Below are positions 7,476-13,848 of a stretch of 13,848 nucleotides of DNA, piece after piece. Every line of letters begins with the position of its first letter. Position 1 is the first letter of the stretch. Source of the stretch: Kofleriaceae bacterium (GTDB lineage: Bacteria > Myxococcota_A > Polyangia > Haliangiales > Haliangiaceae); contig JBKJLC010000021.1 of NCBI GenBank assembly GCA_046597055.1, positions 1 through 13,848 on the forward strand, written 5' to 3'. A program made the position numbers and the translations under genes. The notes under the pieces were generated by a model. That model saw nothing but the letters and a program-made list of their open reading frames with translations, was not told the DNA's origin and ran no database searches.

Positions 7476-9271
7476 TCGATCGTCCCGAGGTCCACGTCCT
7501 TGGTGGCCTCGACGACGATTTCGAACTTGCGCGTCTTGCCGCGCGGCCCGACCGCCCGGATCTTGTAGGGTCCCGGCTTGAGCGGCATGCGGGTCAGCGG
7601 CGCCTCGCCCAGGCGGACGTTGTCGAGGAAGACGACCGTCTTGTCGTCGGCGGCGAGCGACAGGAAGCCGTAGCGCGACAGCGCGATGATGTCATCGCGC
7701 GACGGACCGGCGTCGCGTGGAGCCACGCCAGCGTCGATGACGACCGCGACCGTCGCCGCATCGACATCCGGCACCAGCCCCGCGAAGAAGCGACCCTGGT
7801 CGTCGTCGCCGGTCAGCAGCCGCAGCGTGACTGTCGCCGCGACCACGAGCCCGGCGATCGCGACCAGGATCTGCATCCGGCGCTTGCGCGGACCGAGCAG
7901 ATCGGTCGACGGATCGCCGTGATCGTGCATCGAGATGCCGGTCGGTACGTCGATCAGGCTCTCGGTCAGCCCCTCGGTCGTGCGCTCGCCGTTGCGCGCC
8001 GTCACCAGCGCGCGACCCGGGACCGTCGGGGGTGGCGTGCCGAGGTCTGCGATCTCCATCGACGCCGCCGTACGGTCGCGGGTGAGCTCGTCGGGATCCG
8101 CGACCAGGAACTCGCCTTCGATCGCCTCGAGCGAGTCCGGGTCGAGCACGTCAAGCTCCGCGGTCCGGGCCGGATCGAAGTTCGCCAACCCACCGGCCTG
8201 CGTCGCGGCCATCGCCAGGTTGCCTGATGAGGACACGCTCGACGCGTTCGGGATTTCGTCGCTGACGGCGGTCGCCGCCCGCCGCGCCTGGGCCAGGACG
8301 GCCTCCTTGGAGGCGAGCTCGTCGGCGAAGTCGCGCGTCACGATCGCGGCGAGCTCGTCGCTCGAGGCCACCCCGCCTAGCGACGCGCTCGCCTCGATGA
8401 CCGCGGCGCCCATGTCAGCGGCGGTCGCGAACCTGCCGCCGGGGTCGCGCGCCAGGGCCCGGGTGAGCACCGCCACCATCGCCGGCGGCAGGTCGGGCCG
8501 GCGCTCGCGGATGTCCGGGATCGGCTCCTCCGTGATCGCCTTGAACGTCAGGAAATCGCTGTCGCGGTGGAACAGCCGCTTGACGGCCAGCAGCTCGAAC
8601 ATCACCGCGCCGAGGGCGAACACGTCGCTGCGTCGGTCGAGCGGCTTGCCGAGGATCTGCTCGGGCGACATGTACGCGTTCTTGCCCTTCACCGTCCCGG
8701 TCCGGGTCTTCGAGCTCGCGCCGCGCGCCTTGGCGATGCCGAAATCGAGCATCTTCACCACGCCGTTCGCCGTGATGAGGATGTTGGGCGGTGACACGTC
8801 ACGGTGGACGACGCCGAGTTGCTGGCCATCGGGGCCGCGCGCCTCGTGCGCATGGTGGAGGCCGGCGCAGGCCTGGGCGATCAGCGCGGCGACCGCGCGC
8901 ACATCGAGGAACTGCCGCTGCTTCGAGAGCCGCGACAACATCCGCGACAGTGCCACGCCGTGCAGGTACTCCATCACGATGAACCACACGTCGCCGGCAT
9001 GGCCGAGGCGATGGACGCGGCACACGTTGGGATGGATGAGCTGGGAGGCTAGGCTCGCCTCGTCGCGGAACATGGTGACGAAGTGTTCGTCGTCGGCGAG
9101 GTGGGGCAGGATCCGCTTCACCACGACCACGTCGTCGACCGTCAGCGCGCGCGCCCCGGCGCCAGTCTTGCTGGCCAGGAAGATCTCTGCCATCCCGCCG
9201 GTGGCGAGCTTCGCGAGTAGTGCGTACTCGCCAAGCTCGCGGTCGCGCGGCGCGTTAGCGCTTGGCGTCAT
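7457..9271 (-). CDS. Membrane-anchored Hanks-type Ser/Thr protein kinase with C-terminal PEGA-like domain, 604 aa
   Basis: LATGGMAEIF, VVVKRI, HRDVSPPNIL, DFGIAK, YMSPEQ and DRRSDVFALG. A TM helix follows RKRR. The C-terminal VFLDNVRLGEAPL...LKPGPYKI is PEGA-like. Confidence 0.95.
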   Translation of the reverse strand: MTPSANAPRDRELGEYALLAKLATGGMAEIFLASKTGAGARALTVDDVVVVKRILPHLADDEHFVTMFRDEASLASQLIHPNVCRVHRLGHAGDVWFIVMEYLHGVALSRMLSRLSKQRQFLDVRAVAALIAQACAGLHHAHEARGPDGQQLGVVHRDVSPPNILITANGVVKMLDFGIAKARGASSKTRTGTVKGKNAYMSPEQILGKPLDRRSDVFALGAVMFELLAVKRLFHRDSDFLTFKAITEEPIPDIRERRPDLPPAMVAVLTRALARDPGGRFATAADMGAAVIEASASLGGVASSDELAAIVTRDFADELASKEAVLAQARRAATAVSDEIPNASSVSSSGNLAMAATQAGGLANFDPARTAELDVLDPDSLEAIEGEFLVADPDELTRDRTAASMEIADLGTPPPTVPGRALVTARNGERTTEGLTESLIDVPTGISMHDHGDPSTDLLGPRKRRMQILVAIAGLVVAATVTLRLLTGDDDQGRFFAGLVPDVDAATVAVVIDAGVAPRDAGPSRDDIIALSRYGFLSLAADDKTVVFLDNVRLGEAPLTRMPLKPGPYKIRAVGPRGKTRKFEIVVEATKDVDLGTIEWLAPN

Positions 9272-9306
9272 CCGCGGAGTCCGGCGTCACGGCAGACCAC
9301 GCACGA

Positions 9307-9315
9307 ATCATATCA
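9307..9315 (-). promoter_or_regulatory. Extended -10 promoter element upstream of the kinase
   Basis: The minus strand reads TG-A-TATGAT, close to the TGnTATAAT consensus and conspicuous in GC-rich DNA. Confidence 0.55.
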
Positions 9316-9404
9316 CCCGGGTGCGCCCGCGCGCGTGTCGGCCCGGCGGCCTGCGAATGATTCGATCGGGCGGCTGCCGTGCTTGCCACCCGTGGTGGGG
9401 TGCA

Positions 9405-9917
9405 TCACGAAGGGGGATCTTGCGCGATCCGGTCGAGGTAGTCCTGCGTGCACGCCGCGGTCAGCACCAGCGACTTGCCCAGATCCTCGACGATATGGCG
9501 CTCGATGCGGCCGCCGATCAGGCGCACCTCGACCGTGACCTCGCCTTCGTACACGCGCCGGACTTGGCCCACGCCAGCCTGGACCAGCGAGTAGCGCGCC
9601 TGAATTTGCGCCCGACCGCCGAGGATGCGTGGCCGGATATCGTAGGTGACGCGGTCGGTCTTGCGGGTCCACACCACGGTCTCGTCGAACGTGAGATCGG
9701 GGCCGACCAGGGGGCGGATCACGGCCGGCAGCTGGCGCCGCGGGTACACGACACAGACCCGGCGCACGTCGGTCGGTGTCTCGACATGCTCGACGATCTC
9801 GCGGCGGACCTCCGCGCGGCGATCCTGCTCGGCGACATGGTCGGCGGCGAAGTACGACGCGAAGATCGCGGCTGGATCCGGGGCGCGGTACAGGTGCTCG
9901 AAGCGGAACGGGGTCAC
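9405..9917 (-). CDS. DUF2505-like (START/SRPBCC-type fold) protein, about 170 aa
   Basis: FRFEHLY N-terminus, FDETVVW, RRVYEGEVTVEVRLIGGRIERHIVEDL. Start placed at GTG 9917 rather than the ORF-track 10004. Confidence 0.72.
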   Translation of the reverse strand: MTPFRFEHLYRAPDPAAIFASYFAADHVAEQDRRAEVRREIVEHVETPTDVRRVCVVYPRRQLPAVIRPLVGPDLTFDETVVWTRKTDRVTYDIRPRILGGRAQIQARYSLVQAGVGQVRRVYEGEVTVEVRLIGGRIERHIVEDLGKSLVLTAACTQDYLDRIAQDPPS

Positions 9918-10184
9918 GGCGGGAGTGATAGCCGAGGTCCGCGCTGCCGTCGCGGTCTCGCGACGGGTTGGGTGATTGATCGACGGAACGCGAGCGAATT
10001 CCATCCTCCCGGCGACTGTCTGTAGCCGGCGCTATTTCCTCGCAGGAGGCGTCCGCCCACCGGCTGGACCAGTCACGGTCGTGTCACGGCCTGGTCAGGA
10101 CGCGGCCAGCGAAGCGCAGCGCTGTGCCTGGAGTCTGGCGCGGTCGTGGTGCGCCTGTGACCGGGGTCCGCGCACCATGCGCGC

Positions 10185-11057
<873 letters not shown>

Positions 11058-11118
11058 CCGGCGGTCAAGGCCGCGCTGCGCGCGCCGCTCTTTCGTATGC
11101 CTCCTTACCGTTATGCCG

Positions 11119-11628
11119 GGTGCCTGACACTCATTCCAGCGGGTGCCTTACACCGCCATTCCAGCGGGTGCCTGACACCGCCGGCTGGCGGTGCCTGACG
11201 CCGTCACATGCGGTGGACGGCCGCGCTGCACGTGCCCGTTCCGTTCGCTGGCTCACTTTTCTGGCCGGTGCCTGACCGCTATCCGGCACCGGCTGGCCAC
11301 GTGTCAGGCTGGCCACGTGTCAGCCACCCTGCATGACGGGATGCGTCCGCACCTGACCCTCGGCTCTGTGTGATTGCTTACGGCTACAGCGGGTGCCTGA
11401 CACCTTGGCGGCTGCTACAGCGGGTGCCTGACACCTTGGCGGCTGCTGCAGCTTTGTGTGATTGCTTACGGCTACAGCGGGTGCCTGACACCTTGGCGGG
11501 GCATCCGACGTAGCAGTGACACGTGGCGGCTACCGGCTACAGCGGGTGCCTGGCACCTTGGTGGCCGGGTGCCTGACACCCAGCAGCCGGCCGGGTGGCT
11601 GACACCCAGAAGCCGGGTGCCTGGCACC
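11119..11628. repeat. Cluster of 12 co-oriented GGTGCCTGACACC-type imperfect palindromes (REP-like) between convergent genes
   Basis: Copies start at 11119, 11142, 11167, 11190, 11267 (partial), 11392, 11423, 11480, 11545, 11568, 11594 and 11616. There is an exact 45-bp duplication (11367-11411 / 11455-11499), a 31-bp tandem (11383-11444) and a 16-bp tandem (11291-11322). Confidence 0.9.
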
Positions 11629-11691
11629 GCTGGAACCGGGCCAACCTCAAGTCGGGCTGTCCCCGACGGCTCAGGCAGGCCGGGTGTGGGG

Positions 11692-12186
11692 TTATCCGCG
11701 GACAGCCAGCCAGGCGGCGGAGCGGACCTCGGGGTCGGCGTCGCCAAGCAGCTGGCGAAGGATGCCGGTGTCGCCGACGGTCTTGATCCGTGCCCACGCG
11801 GCGCGGGCGACCGCGGCGCGGACCCTGGCGTCGGGGTCGTCGGCGAGGTGCGCGAGCAGGATATCATCGGCCGGGAGCGGGAAGGCCCAGGCTAGGGCGC
11901 GCGCGAGCACGAGCCGCTCATGGGTGAGGTCGGAGGTGGCGAGGTCGGCCGCGGTCCCGACCGCCTGCAGCTCGGGCAAGCCGTTGAGGCGGAGTGCGAG
12001 CTGCCGAGCCAGCTCTTCCAGCTCGGTCTGACCGTGACTGGCTCGCGGCCACGCACGCTCCGGTGACGACTCGGTCACCGGTGACGGCTCGGCGGCCGTC
12101 GCCGGGATGGCGCCCGCGCTGACCGCGGCGATGGTGGCGTTGCTGAGAATGGCGCGCAGGCGCGCCCAGGACTTCTGGTTCGACAT
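11692..12186 (-). CDS. Small HEAT-repeat protein with a hydrophobic, signal-like N-terminus, 164 aa
   Basis: Two HEAT-like units LADDPDARVRAAVARA and LLGDADPEVRSAAWLA. GAGG lies 6 nt upstream of ATG 12186. Confidence 0.75.
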   Translation of the reverse strand: MSNQKSWARLRAILSNATIAAVSAGAIPATAAEPSPVTESSPERAWPRASHGQTELEELARQLALRLNGLPELQAVGTAADLATSDLTHERLVLARALAWAFPLPADDILLAHLADDPDARVRAAVARAAWARIKTVGDTGILRQLLGDADPEVRSAAWLAVRG

Positions 12187-12266
12187 TCGAAACCTCGCGG
12201 CGCGGGGCCGCACAGACGACGATCACGAGATCGCCGCGAAGGGGGGGACGAGAGCGACGGACGTGC

Positions 12267-12578
12267 TCAGGTCACCGGCGGTGAGGTCTTCGGCGCGAAC
12301 GGCAGAACGTCGACAGCGACGGCAGCTCTCTCGGTCAGCGGCAGCGGCGACCCGGTCAGGGCCTCCGGACGCGCGAACGGGTCGGCCGCCACGGCGACCA
12401 GTGCCGCGAACTCCGGGAGTTCGTCGATCGCGAGCGCCGCGATCGGGGCCTCGCGGGGCGCACAGGCCAGCTGCGGCGTCTCTAGATCGTTGGTTTCCCT
12501 CGGAGCCGAGGCTCCGGCCGCCGCCGCCACGCTCGCCAACAGGGCGGCGAGCGCAAGCCTCGACCACAGGAACGCCAT
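12267..12578 (-). CDS. Small putative exported/leader protein, 103 aa, C-terminus APKTSPPVT
   Basis: Signal-peptide-like MAFLWSRLALAALLASVAAAAG, a low-complexity middle and a Pro-rich end. A sigma70-like promoter sits directly upstream. Confidence 0.6.
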   Translation of the reverse strand: MAFLWSRLALAALLASVAAAAGASAPRETNDLETPQLACAPREAPIAALAIDELPEFAALVAVAADPFARPEALTGSPLPLTERAAVAVDVLPFAPKTSPPVT

Positions 12579-12585
12579 CGCACGC

Positions 12586-12614
12586 ACCGTGGCCATGCGC
12601 TCGTCGTCCGTCAA
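12586..12614 (-). promoter_or_regulatory. Sigma70-like promoter for the small ORF / HEAT gene unit
   Basis: TTGACG (12614-12609), 17 nt, CACGGT (12591-12586), 7 nt, then ATG 12578. Confidence 0.5.
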
Positions 12615-12630
12615 GCGCTATCTCTGGAGC

Positions 12631-13638
12631 ATGTAGATCGAGTTCACCAGGCGTGCGGTGATCACCGGTGTGGGCGCTGCAGTGCTCGGGTGCCGCCGCG
12701 GCGGCGAGGTCGTGGGCCGCGACTCCGCCGCCACCGTGCAGCCGCCGGCGGGACCGCCACGAGCCTTGGTGACGCCCGGTGACCCTGGTGCGGCCTCCGC
12801 TAACGTTAGCGCCATGATCCGGCGCCCGATCCCGTCGACCGGCGAGCTGGTTCCGGCGGTCGGGCTGGGCAGCTGGCAGACGTTCGACGTGGCGGCGAAC
12901 GAGGTGCCCATGGTGCAACCAGTGCTCACCCGCTTCCTGGCTCTCGGCGGGCGGGTGGTGGATTCGTCGCCGATGTACGGCCGCGCCGAGGCGGCCATTG
13001 GCCAGATGCTTGCCGTCGCGCGCGCGGCCGACCGGGCGGCCCCGACCCCGTTCCTCGCGACCAAGGTGTGGACCCAGGGCGGGCGCACCGGCCAGGCCGA
13101 GATGAAGCGCTCGATCGAGCGCCTCGGGGCCCCACGCCTCGACCTGATGCAGATCCACAACTTGCTCGACTGGCAGACCCACCTGCCCACATTGCGGGCG
13201 TGGAAGGCGGCCGGCACGTTCCGCTACATCGGTGTGACTCACTACCAGCACGGCGCGTTCGACGAGCTCGAGCGCATCATCCGGCGCGAGCGCGTCGACT
13301 TCGTGCAGCTGCCGTACTCGGTCTCCGATCGCGCCGCGGAGCGGCGGCTGCTCGGGGCGGCGGCGGACGCCGGCGTCGCGGTGCTGGTGATGCAACCGTT
13401 CGACACCGGGGGGCTGTTCGATCGCGTGCGCGGCAAGCCGGTGCCGGCGATCGCGACCGAGCTCGGCTGCACCTCGTGGGCGCAGCTGTTCCTGAAGTGG
13501 CTGCTCGGCCATCCGGCAGTGACGTGCCCGATCCCGGCGACCTCGAAGCTGCGCCACCTCGAGGACAACATGGGCGCGCTGCGCGGGCCGGTGCCCGACG
13601 ACGCCCAGCGCGCGGCAATCGTGCAGGCAGTCGGCTGA
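12631..13638 (+). CDS. Aldo/keto reductase with Tat/lipoprotein-like N-terminus; in-frame TAG at codon 2 (start uncertain)
   Basis: VGLGSWQ, catalytic tetrad in VDSSPMYG / ATKVW / QIHN, IGVTHY, DFVQLPYS, PIPATS and HLEDN. The N-terminus reads M*IEFTRRAVITGVGAAVLGC. Confidence 0.9.
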
Positions 13639-13735
13639 GCCAGCGAGCCTGGCGCGCGCTCACGGCGCTCGTGATCAACGTCGTGCGCGGGGCGGCCATG
13701 TCGGCACCGCCACCGCGTGGAGACGCGCGGCCTAG

Positions 13736-13848
13736 CTACAGCTTGCCCGGTAATTCGGGCCAGTCCTCGACGGAAGTGTCAGGGGCGGCGGCGACGATCT
13801 CCTCGTCACCCGTGCAACTCGAGGAGCGCCCCCATGGCAACGTCCCGT
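13736..13848 (-). CDS. Possible 3' end of a gene entering from the right edge
   Basis: Open frame ...SCTGDEEIVAAAPDTSVEDWPELPGKL-TAG. It is too short to assign. Confidence 0.25.
   Translation of the reverse strand, partial: GTLPWGRSSSCTGDEEIVAAAPDTSVEDWPELPGKL

Noticed and set aside
7935..10025. 696-aa plus-strand ORF
   Set aside because: Ser/Arg/Ala-rich antisense shadow of the kinase and DUF2505-like genes.
11119..11628. CRISPR array interpretation of the palindrome cluster
   Set aside because: The repeat is only 13 bp, spacers are irregular (about 9 to over 100 bp) and partly duplicated, and there are no cas genes in the window.
11458..11895. ORFs across the repeat cluster with recurring GCLTP / VPDT / GVRHP peptides
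   Set aside because: These are translations of the palindromic DNA repeat in different frames, and they overlap the HEAT gene.
12634..12636. Genome-wide TAG recoding or pyrrolysine as the explanation for the in-frame amber
   Set aside because: No other gene here has an internal TAG, the 98-aa gene appears to end on TAG (6496-6494), and no pyl genes are visible.
12223..13557. 444-aa minus-strand ORF
   Set aside because: Antisense to the well-supported aldo/keto reductase.
13776..13783. Isolated GTGTCAGG matching the repeat core in reverse
   Set aside because: A single 8-bp match without the palindromic partner half is compatible with chance.

Overview
This is a very GC-rich bacterial window. 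The HRDVSPxN-type Ser/Thr kinase, SWIM-SNF2 ATPase and DUF2505-like gene suggest Myxococcota (inference). From left to right it holds: a lower-GC segment with a possible transposon end; a single-ORF IS66-family element (511-1996) with perfect 13-bp inverted repeats but no target duplication; a small repeat cluster; a SWIM-SNF2 ATPase; an ECF sigma plus cupin anti-sigma pair; a hypothetical gene; a LysE-type exporter; a membrane Ser/Thr kinase; a DUF2505-like protein; a fatty acid desaturase; about 500 bp with 12 co-oriented GGTGCCTGACACC-type palindromes; a HEAT-repeat protein; a small signal-peptide ORF ending APKTSPPVT; and an aldo/keto reductase. Four observations stand out. (1) A candidate arrest-peptide-like leader precedes a hairpin that hides the next gene's RBS. 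(2) Two related REP-like palindrome clusters are present. (3) An in-frame TAG follows the probable ATG of the reductase, just ahead of a Tat/lipoprotein signal. (4) A -10-like box recurs 5-7 nt before start codons, suggesting leaderless genes. All family calls come from motif recognition by eye, not database searches.
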